NCBI GenBank assembly: GCA_045541915.1
Contig: JAZQJZ010000007.1
Span: 32,781-96,780, forward strand
Direction of reading: 5' to 3'
DNA: 64,000 nucleotides
From: Eubacteriales bacterium
GTDB lineage: Bacteria > Bacillota > Clostridia > Oscillospirales > SIG627
Shown: piece by piece, positions 52,756-60,258 of the stretch
Layout of the letters: every line of letters begins with the position of its first letter
Numbering within the stretch: the stretch's first letter is position 1
Notes under the pieces: model-generated
What the model was told of the DNA's origin: nothing
Databases searched by the model: none
What the model saw: the letters and a program-made list of their open reading frames with translations, nothing else
Program-made: the position numbers and the translations under genes

Positions 52756-54788
52756 CAGTGGGCGTCCGCCAGATCGATATACAAATGACCGTTCTCGGAA
52801 ATGTACCGCTTCCTGCCCTCCAGGTCATCGCCCAGAAGGATCTCGAACATTTCGCGGGTGACCGCCTCATCCTCCGGCATGATCCGGATGAGTCGGCGCG
52901 TGGCGGGATCCATGGTGGTCTTTCTCATCATATCCGGCTCGTTTTCGCCCAGACCCTTGGAGCGCTGCACCTTGTATTTCTTGCCCTCCAGCTTTTCCAG
53001 GATCTTGTTTTTTTCCTTTTCGTCATAGGCGAACATAATGTCATCCTTGCAGCTGATCTCATACAAGGGGGATTCGGCAATGAAGATCCTTCCCTTTTCA
53101 ATGAGTGTAGGCAAAAGCCGATAGAACATGGTCAGGATCAGCGTTCGGATCTGGAAGCCATCCTCGTCGGCATCGGTACAGATGATGATCTTGTTCCACT
53201 TGAGATTGTCATAATTAAACTGGGCCAGGTCCTTGTGTCCCTTGCCGATCTCCACACCGCACCCAATGATCCGGAGAAGATCCACAATGATCTCACTCTT
53301 GAAGATTCGGTCGTATCCGCACTTAAGGCAGTTCAGGGTCTTTCCCCGAACGGGAATGATCGCCTGAAATTCCGCATCTCTTCCCAATTTACAGCTGGCA
53401 AGAGCCGAGTCGCCCTCCACAATATAAAGTTCCCGTACCTCCTTGTCCTTGGAACGGCAGTTGGCAAATTTCTCAATGCGATTGGTCACATCCAGCGTGC
53501 CGGAAAGCTTCTTTTTGATGTTCACCCGAGCGCTTTCTGCACTCTCCCGGCTTCGCTTATTGATGAGAACCTGGGCGGCAATGCGATCGGCATCAGCCGG
53601 GTTCTCCGCAAAGTAAATTTCCAGCTTCTCATCGAAAAACTGGATCATCGCTTCTGCAATGAATTTATTCGTCACTTCTTTTTTGGTCTGATCGGAAAAG
53701 GAGGCCACGTTGGAAAAGCAGTTGGTGACCAGAATCAAGCAGTCCTCCACATCCTGGAAACTGATCTTCTGCTCATTCTTATTGTACTTTCCGCCGTTTC
53801 TCAAATATCCGTCAATGGCCCGAAGAAAACTGGATTTGACTGCCTTCTCAGGACTTCCGCCGTGCTCCAGCCAGCTGGAGTTGTGATAATACTCCAATTT
53901 CTGCCGTTTGGCAGAGAAGCAAAAGGCCACTTCCATGCGAACGTCATATTCGCTTTTATCTTCCCGATCCTTGCCGCGCTTTTCGCCCTGCCAGAATTCG
54001 GGAACAGTCAGGGTTCCCACCTTTCCCTCGGTGGTCACCATTTCATTGTTTTCATTGATTTCGGCCATTTCCCGGACATAATCCAAAATGCCCTCTTTAT
54101 AAAGGAAGGAATGCTCGGACCAGACTCCGTCTGCCCCCTGGTAGCGGAGATTCAGTGTCAGCCCACCGTTTACCACTGCCTGGCGACGCATAGAATCCAC
54201 AAAATACTCCTCCGGGATCCCAATCTCCGTAAATACCTCCAGATCCGGCTTCCAGGTGATCACCGTACCGGTGCGGCGGCGATTGTAGGGTTCCTTGGTC
54301 AGCTCTCCATCCACATTTCCCTTTTTAAAATTGATGCGATAACGGGTATTGTGGGAGAACACTTCCACTTCCATAAATTCAGAGCTATACTGAGTGGCGC
54401 AGGCGCCAAGTCCGTTCAGACCCAGCGAATACTGATAAGCACCGCCCTTGGCGTTGTCGTATTTACCGCCGGCATACAACTCACAAAAGATCAATTCCCA
54501 GTTAAATCTTCCCTCTTTTTCATTCCAATCCAAGGGAATACCCCGTCCAAAATCTTCTACTGTGATCACATGATCCCGGGTGACGGAAACATTGATCACA
54601 TCCCCATAGCCGGCTCTCGCCTCGTCAATGGAGTTAGAGAGGATTTCAAAGAAGGAATGGGCGCACCCGTCCAATCCGTCGGATCCGAAAATAACACCGG
54701 GACGTTTGCGCACGCGATCGGCACCCTTGAGACTCTGGATGCTTTGATCGTTATATTCTGCTGATTTTTTTCTTGCTTCTGCCGCCAT
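52755..54788 (-). CDS. Type IIA DNA topoisomerase subunit B (ParE/GyrB paralogue)
   Basis: IQSLKGADRVRKRPGVIFG, EILSNSIDEA, a Toprim region EL.IVEGDSA, and PVRGK.LN. The stop overlaps the yigZ ATG (TGATG). No A subunit is adjacent. Confidence 0.9.
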   Translation of the reverse strand: MAAEARKKSAEYNDQSIQSLKGADRVRKRPGVIFGSDGLDGCAHSFFEILSNSIDEARAGYGDVINVSVTRDHVITVEDFGRGIPLDWNEKEGRFNWELIFCELYAGGKYDNAKGGAYQYSLGLNGLGACATQYSSEFMEVEVFSHNTRYRINFKKGNVDGELTKEPYNRRRTGTVITWKPDLEVFTEIGIPEEYFVDSMRRQAVVNGGLTLNLRYQGADGVWSEHSFLYKEGILDYVREMAEINENNEMVTTEGKVGTLTVPEFWQGEKRGKDREDKSEYDVRMEVAFCFSAKRQKLEYYHNSSWLEHGGSPEKAVKSSFLRAIDGYLRNGGKYNKNEQKISFQDVEDCLILVTNCFSNVASFSDQTKKEVTNKFIAEAMIQFFDEKLEIYFAENPADADRIAAQVLINKRSRESAESARVNIKKKLSGTLDVTNRIEKFANCRSKDKEVRELYIVEGDSALASCKLGRDAEFQAIIPVRGKTLNCLKCGYDRIFKSEIIVDLLRIIGCGVEIGKGHKDLAQFNYDNLKWNKIIICTDADEDGFQIRTLILTMFYRLLPTLIEKGRIFIAESPLYEISCKDDIMFAYDEKEKNKILEKLEGKKYKVQRSKGLGENEPDMMRKTTMDPATRRLIRIMPEDEAVTREMFEILLGDDLEGRKRYISENGHLYIDLADAH

Positions 54789-54985
54789 AAACGTTTTTCT
54801 CCCTCTTCGGTTCGTGATCCTTACAATACCTTTTTATTATACCGAAAAAAGACGGTTTCGTCAACCGAAAAGCAAAAAGCCAAAGGGGAATGATAAAAGG
54901 CTTTTCTTTTCACAGAAACTGTTAAAAAAACAGAATTTTTGCTTAAAAAAGAGGTTTTTTCGCCTTTTGTTTTTCCGTTTCTCGG

Positions 54986-55014
54986 TTGACTACCTTTCCT
55001 ATTTGTGGTAGAAT
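54986..55014 (+). promoter_or_regulatory. Promoter of the kinase-SIS-TIM-YjbQ operon
   Basis: TTGACT-17 nt-TAGAAT with TGn. Confidence 0.55.
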
Positions 55015-55077
55015 CATAAAGAGTGAAAAAACCGTTTTAACCATTCGCTTCACTTCCGTACTGCAAGGAGTTTGATT

Positions 55078-56505
55078 ATGAATTTACTGGGTCTTGACGT
55101 TGGCACCACTTCTCTGAAAGCCGTTTTGTTTGACGAGGGAGGATGCTGCCTTGCCGAAACCAATCTTGATTATACCCTCGACACTCGGGGAGACCTGGTG
55201 GAGTTCGATGCAAACGAGTATATCCGCATCGCCAAAAAAGCCATTGCAGAAATTGAAAAAACAGCTCCCATTGATGCTATTTGTGTGGATACCCAAGGGG
55301 AAACTATGATCCTCACCGATGAAGATGGAAATCCCACCATGCCCGCCATTGTCTGGCTGGATAACCGTGCCACAAAGGAAGCAGAGGAGATCGCCGCTCA
55401 TTTCGGTCAGGAAAAGATTTATAACATCACCGGTCAGCCGGAAACCACCGGCGGTTGGCCCGGATGCAAGCTTCTTTGGGTGAAGCGGAATTTGCCCGAG
55501 GTTTGGAAAAAGACCAAAAAAGTATTTTTGCTGGAAGACTGGCTCCTTTGGGCCCTTACCGGTGAATTTGTCACCGAGCCCACCATTCAGTCCTCCTCCA
55601 TCTATCTGGATATTACAAAGCTGGATTGGTGGGATGAAATGCTTCAATATATCGGCGTTCCCCGCGAAATGCTGCCGAAGATCGTTCCCTCTGCCACCAA
55701 AGTGGGCACCTTTGGAAAGGCCACCGTGGTTTCCGGTGCATTGGATCAGATCGCCGGTGCAGTGGGCGTCGGTGTGGTGGATGAAAACATCGTCAGTGAA
55801 ATGACCGGCACCATTATGGCCATTTGCGTGGTCACCGATCGCATCCCCACCTTTGATCCCAAATCCAAAATCCCCTGTCACCTTCACGCCATCCCCGGGA
55901 AATTCGTTTCCCTGCTCTGGTCTTCCACGGCCGGCATGGCACTGAAATGGTTCCGTAACAATTTCGCCGAATCCCTTTCCTTCAAGGAATTGGATGAACT
56001 GGCAGAGAAGGCCGGTCCCGGTGCAGAGGGCCTTACCATGCTCCCTCACCTTTGCGGCTCTACCATGCCCGTTTATAACCCCGATGCCAGAGGCTCCTTC
56101 TGGGGCATGACCCTGGCCCACGGAAAGGGTCATTTTGCCCGTGCCATTCTGGAAGCAGTGGCCTTCACCTTGAAGGACGACCTGGAGGTGATCGGCGCCA
56201 AATGCGACGAGATCCGGATCACCGGCGGCGGCGCCGCAAGCCCCCTTTGGGCCCAGATCAAAGCAGACGTCACCGGACTGAAGCTTTCCACCTTGAAGGA
56301 GAAGGAATCCGCGTGCCTGGGAACTGCTATTCTGGCCGGCGTTGGCTGTGGCGTTTATGAAAGCGTGGAAAGCGCCTGCGCCAAGATCATCGCCACCAAA
56401 AAGACCTATTCCCCCAGCGGTACCGATTACACCGCCGCTTATCGCCAGTATAAAAAACTGGATGCCATGCTGAACGACCCGGAAAACAAAATTTCCGAGA
56501 AATAA
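55078..56505 (+). CDS. FGGY-family carbohydrate kinase (xylulokinase-like)
   Basis: LGLDVGTTSLKAVLF, GGGAASPLWAQIKADV. Start at ATG 55078 (AAGGAG RBS). Confidence 0.85.
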   Translation: MNLLGLDVGTTSLKAVLFDEGGCCLAETNLDYTLDTRGDLVEFDANEYIRIAKKAIAEIEKTAPIDAICVDTQGETMILTDEDGNPTMPAIVWLDNRATKEAEEIAAHFGQEKIYNITGQPETTGGWPGCKLLWVKRNLPEVWKKTKKVFLLEDWLLWALTGEFVTEPTIQSSSIYLDITKLDWWDEMLQYIGVPREMLPKIVPSATKVGTFGKATVVSGALDQIAGAVGVGVVDENIVSEMTGTIMAICVVTDRIPTFDPKSKIPCHLHAIPGKFVSLLWSSTAGMALKWFRNNFAESLSFKELDELAEKAGPGAEGLTMLPHLCGSTMPVYNPDARGSFWGMTLAHGKGHFARAILEAVAFTLKDDLEVIGAKCDEIRITGGGAASPLWAQIKADVTGLKLSTLKEKESACLGTAILAGVGCGVYESVESACAKIIATKKTYSPSGTDYTAAYRQYKKLDAMLNDPENKISEK

Positions 56506-56534
56506 ATCACAAAAAGAAAACGAGGTATAAGACG

Positions 56535-57131
56535 TTGAAACCCGAAGCAAAAAAAGCCGCCCAGAATGCCTTTTTACTGGAAGCGGAAGAGATCCGCAGA
56601 GCAAGAGAGGTGATGGATTGGGACGCCTTTGATAAGGCCGTTCAGGTCCTTGCCAAGGCAGAGCGCATCGGAACCGCCGGCTGCGGTCATTCCGGCATCT
56701 GCTGCACCCATTTTGCCCATTCCCTTTGCTGCATCGAACGCCCGGCAAGATTCGTTTCCCCAGCCGAAGCAGTTCACGGCGCCATGGGCTTTATTCAGAA
56801 GGGCGACGTCATGGTCCTGGCCTCTCGCGGAGGCAAGACAGCCGAACTCATTCCCATTATGAACATTGCCAAAACCAAAGGTGCCACCGTCATTTCCGTA
56901 ACGGAGAAGATGGACTCTCCCCTGGCCTTGGGTGCAGACATTGTGCTTCCCATGCGCGTGGAAAAGGAGACGGATAAATACAATTCCCAGTCCACCTCCA
57001 GCTTTGTAGCCCTCAGCGCCGTGTTCGATGCCCTGCAGACCGCGCTGATCGAAGAAACCGGCTATGTAAACGAGCAGTTCGCACTCATTCATCCCGGCGG
57101 AGCCGTGGGTGAAAGACTGAACCAAAAATAA
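56535..57131 (+). CDS. SIS-domain sugar-phosphate isomerase (6-phospho-3-hexuloisomerase-like)
   Basis: TTG start. IGTAGCGHSG, VLASRGGKT, ISVTEK. Confidence 0.7.
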   Translation: MKPEAKKAAQNAFLLEAEEIRRAREVMDWDAFDKAVQVLAKAERIGTAGCGHSGICCTHFAHSLCCIERPARFVSPAEAVHGAMGFIQKGDVMVLASRGGKTAELIPIMNIAKTKGATVISVTEKMDSPLALGADIVLPMRVEKETDKYNSQSTSSFVALSAVFDALQTALIEETGYVNEQFALIHPGGAVGERLNQK

Positions 57132-57148
57132 AGCAAAGGAGAAATCAC

Positions 57149-57859
57149 ATGATCCAAAATTTGAAAATCAAAGCACCCTTCTTTGAAATCGGTCCCAAAA
57201 ACTATCTCTGGGGCGATGACGTTTTGGAACTTGCCAAGGTAGCAGACCAGGCCAGCAAAAAATACAATGTGGATATCATTTTCACCACTCCCATCGTGGA
57301 GCTTCGCAGAGTGAAGGAAGCCACCGAAAAGCTCCACGTTTTCGCACCTCATATGGATTCCTTAAAGCCCGGCAGAGGCCTGGCTGATATTCTACCCGAA
57401 AGCCTGGTGGCCGCCGGCGCTGAAGGTGTTATGCTGAACCACTGCGAAAAGAGCATCACCGTAGCAGAATTGAAAAGCGCCATCAAGCGTGCCGAAGAGG
57501 TCGGCCTTGCCACCATCGTTTGTGCCGATTCCTGCGCAGAGGCAGCTGCCATTGCCCACTTAAATCCCGATATCATTGTGGCCGAGCCCACTGAATTGAT
57601 CGGAACCGGAAAAGCCAGCGATAAGGAGTACGTCGAGGCTTCCACTCGCGCTGTAAAAGACGTAAATCCCGCAATCCTGGTGCTCCAGGGCGCCGGCATC
57701 AAGTGCTATGACGACGTTTACCGCAACATCTTCGCCGGAGCCGATGCCACCGGTTCTTCTTCCGGCATTGTCGGTCTTCCCACTGCCCAGGAGCGCTATC
57801 AGATGGTGGATGATATGATCCGCGCCGTCAGAGAAGCCTGGGACGCAAGACAAAAATAA
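57149..57859 (+). CDS. Triose-phosphate isomerase family protein (short, archaeal-type paralogue)
   Basis: GPKNY, MLNHCE (His region), and VAEPTELIGTG (catalytic Glu region). 236 aa. Confidence 0.7.
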   Translation: MIQNLKIKAPFFEIGPKNYLWGDDVLELAKVADQASKKYNVDIIFTTPIVELRRVKEATEKLHVFAPHMDSLKPGRGLADILPESLVAAGAEGVMLNHCEKSITVAELKSAIKRAEEVGLATIVCADSCAEAAAIAHLNPDIIVAEPTELIGTGKASDKEYVEASTRAVKDVNPAILVLQGAGIKCYDDVYRNIFAGADATGSSSGIVGLPTAQERYQMVDDMIRAVREAWDARQK

Positions 57860-57894
57860 AATCGTTTAAAATTTATTTTCAGGAGGATAATGAA

Positions 57895-58521
57895 ATGGAA
57901 TTTAAAGTATATCAAAAAGAACTGGAGCTCCAGTCCAGAGGTTGGATCCCCACCTTCCACGATGTCTCCAAGGAGATCATGGAGATCGTTGCCGCTTCCG
58001 GTGTCAAATCCGGTACCTGCTGCATCGCTTCTCACCACACCACCTGCTCTGTTATGGTTCAGGAGTGCTCCCACGATATCGACTCCTTCGACCTGGAATT
58101 TCTCCAGCACGACCTTTTGGACATTATGAGAAAGCTCATTCCCGACTTTGCTGAAGAAGGCCAGTACCGTCATCCCGGCCCCATCCACGCTCAGTTCGGC
58201 AGATACGTAAAGGAACCCGGCAACTACACCTCCTATAACACCGACGGTCACCTCCGCTCTGTTTTCTTTGGCAGAAGCGAGACCATGACCATCAAGGACG
58301 GCGTTCTTGACGGCGGCGAATTCGCTCACATTTACTTCATCGACTGGGACCACGTTCGCGCCCGTCGCAGACAGCTGAACGTAACCGTTATGGGTACCAC
58401 CGAGTGCATCACCCCCGAGGAAAGAAAGTTCAACGGCGGCGAAGTGATCAATACCCTTCGTAAGTTCACCCCCGAAGAAACCGCTGAAATGGTGGAATTC
58501 ACCCTCCAGCAGCAGAGATAA
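57895..58521 (+). CDS. YjbQ/UPF0047 family protein with C-terminal extension
   Basis: DVSKEI..IVAASGVKSGTCCIASHHTT.SVMVQE and GHLRSVFFG. 208 aa against the ~140 typical of the family. Confidence 0.7.
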   Translation: MEFKVYQKELELQSRGWIPTFHDVSKEIMEIVAASGVKSGTCCIASHHTTCSVMVQECSHDIDSFDLEFLQHDLLDIMRKLIPDFAEEGQYRHPGPIHAQFGRYVKEPGNYTSYNTDGHLRSVFFGRSETMTIKDGVLDGGEFAHIYFIDWDHVRARRRQLNVTVMGTTECITPEERKFNGGEVINTLRKFTPEETAEMVEFTLQQQR

Positions 58522-58543
58522 ATTTCTCAAAATAAGAAAGCAT

Positions 58544-58582
58544 TACCCGGGTAAGCCCTTTGGCTTCCCGGGTATTTTTTTG
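58544..58582 (+). terminator. Terminator of the sugar operon
   Basis: TACCCGGGTAAGCC-CTTT-GGCTTCCCGGGTA-T7. Confidence 0.75.
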
Positions 58583-58599
58583 TTTTCTCTAAAACGGTT

Positions 58600-58763
58600 G
58601 TCAAATTCAGAAATTCCTCTGGTCTTTGCGGGAGGCAGGTTGCCTCCCCTACAGAAATGTGGGGCAATATCTTTTTTCGGTCTTTGGTACAAACAGTGAT
58701 GAAATACGTTCCTTCGGTGGAATAATCAAAATCCTCCAGGCGATTTCGTTTCCTTTTTGGCAA
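58600..58763 (-). pseudogene. RAYT (REP-associated Y1 transposase) copy 3, 5' fragment only
   Basis: PKRKRNRLEDFDYSTEGTYFITVCTKDRKKIL..EFLNLT, after which homology ends. The native ATG is mutated, and the HUH and Tyr regions are absent. Confidence 0.65.
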
Positions 58764-59000
58764 TTCGTTTTCCCTTTTTTCACGTCTTTATGATATTTTA
58801 TCACGTTTCCTAAAATGGATCAATCCGATCTGATTCCGCGGGTTGATTTGCCTTGTAGGGGAAGGGGTCCTTACGCAAAATATGCACATCACCACGGATA
58901 GAATTCCTTCGTGTAGGGGCCGACGTCCCCGACGGCCCACCAGATCCGCGCCAATCTGCTTTATTCCGCCATTCCACGTAGGGGAGGCAATCTGCCTCCC
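58724..59000. repeat. ~280-bp direct repeat, copy a (REPs + RAYT promoter/5' end)
   Basis: By-eye alignment to 59235-59520 shows only a few substitutions and one 1-nt indel. The offset is ~520 bp. Confidence 0.85.
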
Positions 59001-59296
59001 GATTTCGGGGTCCAATATCATTAAAATTAAATGAATATGGTTCGGCATAATAACGTATTGCGCAATTTCGATGTTATGATAAAACCCATTCATTTCATTG
59101 ATGTTTTTATTGGCAATTTTTCCTAAAATTCAACAAATGGATGTTTTGCGGGGCGTCGAGGACGTCGCCCCCTACAGAAAGGTGTGATAATATCTTTTTT
59201 CGGTCTTTGGTACAAACGGAGAAAAAACGCGCCCTCGGTGGAATAATCAAAATCCTCCAGGCGATTTCGTTTCCTTTTTGGCAATTCGTTTTCCAT
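58978..59296 (-). pseudogene. RAYT copy 2, frameshifted and 3'-truncated
   Basis: ATG 59296 (MENELPKRKRNRLEDFDYSTEG), with a 2-nt deletion relative to copy 1 near 59220. The HUH segment YVIMPNHIHLILMI is retained. Homology stops at a REP (58978-59000). Confidence 0.7.
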
Positions 59297-59520
59297 TTTT
59301 CACGTCTTTATGATATTTTATCACGTTTCCTAAAATGGATCAATCCGATCTGATTCCGCGGGTTGATTTGCCTTGTAGGGAAAGGGGTCCTTACGCAAAA
59401 TATGCACATCACCACGGATAGAATCCCTTCGTGTAGGGGCCGACGTCCCCGACGGCCCACCAGATCCGCGCCAATCTGCTTTATTCCGCCATTCCACGTA
59501 GGGGAGGCAATCTGCCTCCC
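59235..59520. repeat. ~280-bp direct repeat, copy b
   Basis: See copy a. Confidence 0.85.
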
Positions 59521-59542
59521 GCAAAATTCGCGCAATGCCGGT

Positions 59543-60037
59543 TCATTCATCCCCTTGGGAGAAGAAACAATCCTCTTCCCATTTGATGGGGTTTTCATAA
59601 ATGTATTTTGCAATTTTTTCGTAATCCTCGCGGTCTCGGATCACGTGATCGTGAAAGGATCGCTGCCAGATGGATTGACCGATGGATTTTGACACAAATC
59701 GTTTCATATGTCCGATTATGGTTGATATGGTAGGGGAGGCAATCTGCCTCCCGCTTTCGGGTTCCAATATCATTAAAATTAAATGAATATGGTTCGGCAT
59801 AATAACGTATTGATCTAAAATCACATTTGGATATTTTTCTGAAATGTTCTTAATTCCATTCTTTACGCTTTCTCCAACATTTGTTAAATTCAGAAATTCC
59901 ACTGGTCTTTGCGGGAGGCAGGTTGCCTCCCCTACAGAAATGTGGGACAATATCTTTTTTCGATCTTTGGTACAAACAGTGATAAAATACGCTCCCTCGG
60001 TGCACAAAAAACTGTGGCACCGGAAATCCGGTGCCAC
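59543..60037 (-). mobile_element. RAYT / IS200-IS605-type Y1 transposase, copy 1 (catalytic core intact, native 5' end replaced)
   Basis: YFITVCTKDRKKIL, HUH YVIMPNHIHLILMI, WQRSFHDHVIR, and catalytic-Tyr helix KYIYENPIKW. The first 12 codons of the ORF are the upstream operon's terminator hairpin. Homology starts at ~60001. Confidence 0.7.
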
Positions 60038-60039
60038 AG
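60005..60039 (-). terminator. Terminator of the giant-protein/peptide operon
   Basis: Minus strand reads CTGTGGCACCGG-ATTT-CCGGTGCCACAG-TTTTTTG, 19 nt after the small-ORF stop. Confidence 0.8.
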
Positions 60040-60057
60040 AAATGTGATTTTTTTGAA

Positions 60058-60240
60058 TTAGGGATTCAGACGATCGTTGTTGGTGCCGATATCGACGGAA
60101 CCGCCGGACGTATTGCCGGAGCCTTCGGTATTGGTGCCGCTTCCAAAGCCGTCACCGGTATTGGAAAGCACAGTGCCAAGAACATCTTCTGTCTCAAAAC
60201 GAATGACCTCTGCAAGAGGTGAAATATATTCTTTTTTCAT
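60058..60240 (-). CDS. 60-aa peptide, Gly/Ser/Thr/Asn-rich C-terminal half, unknown function
   Basis: GGAGG 9 nt upstream of the ATG, 18 nt after the giant ORF stop, and a terminator follows. MKKEYISPLAEVIRFETEDVL + GTVLSNTGDGFGSGTNTEGSGNTSGGSVDIGTNNDRLNP. Confidence 0.55.
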   Translation of the reverse strand: MKKEYISPLAEVIRFETEDVLGTVLSNTGDGFGSGTNTEGSGNTSGGSVDIGTNNDRLNP

Positions 60241-60258
60241 CTTTCTTCACCTCCAAAA

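Larger units (their letters stand above)
58628..59937. repeat. Cluster of eight GC-rich REP-like hairpins with GTAG/CTAC heads
   Basis: Type 1 is GTAGGGGAGGCAATCTGCCTCCC, at 58630-52 (inverted), 58978-59000, 59498-520, 59730-52 and 59913-35 (inverted). Type 2 is GTAGGGGCCGACGTCCCCGACGGCCC at 58913-40 and 59433-60. A variant GGGGCGTCGAGGACGTCGCCCCCTAC lies at 59150-74. Confidence 0.8.

Noticed and set aside
52758-54764. 668-aa plus-strand ORF nearly coextensive with the topoisomerase gene
   Set aside because: Shadow ORF. The minus strand encodes unmistakable GHKL and Toprim motifs.
55084-56748. 554-aa minus-strand ORF
   Set aside because: Shadow ORF antisense to the FGGY kinase and the SIS gene.
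58628-59937. A CRISPR array
   Set aside because: The repeats are palindromic, but they belong to more than one sequence type, occur in both orientations, are irregularly spaced, and are embedded in RAYT gene copies. No cas genes are present. This is REP/RAYT architecture.
60001-60037. N-terminus MAPDFRCHSFLC as a genuine part of the RAYT
   Set aside because: These codons are the stem-loop and U-tract of the upstream operon's terminator. The other RAYT copies show a different native N-terminus.
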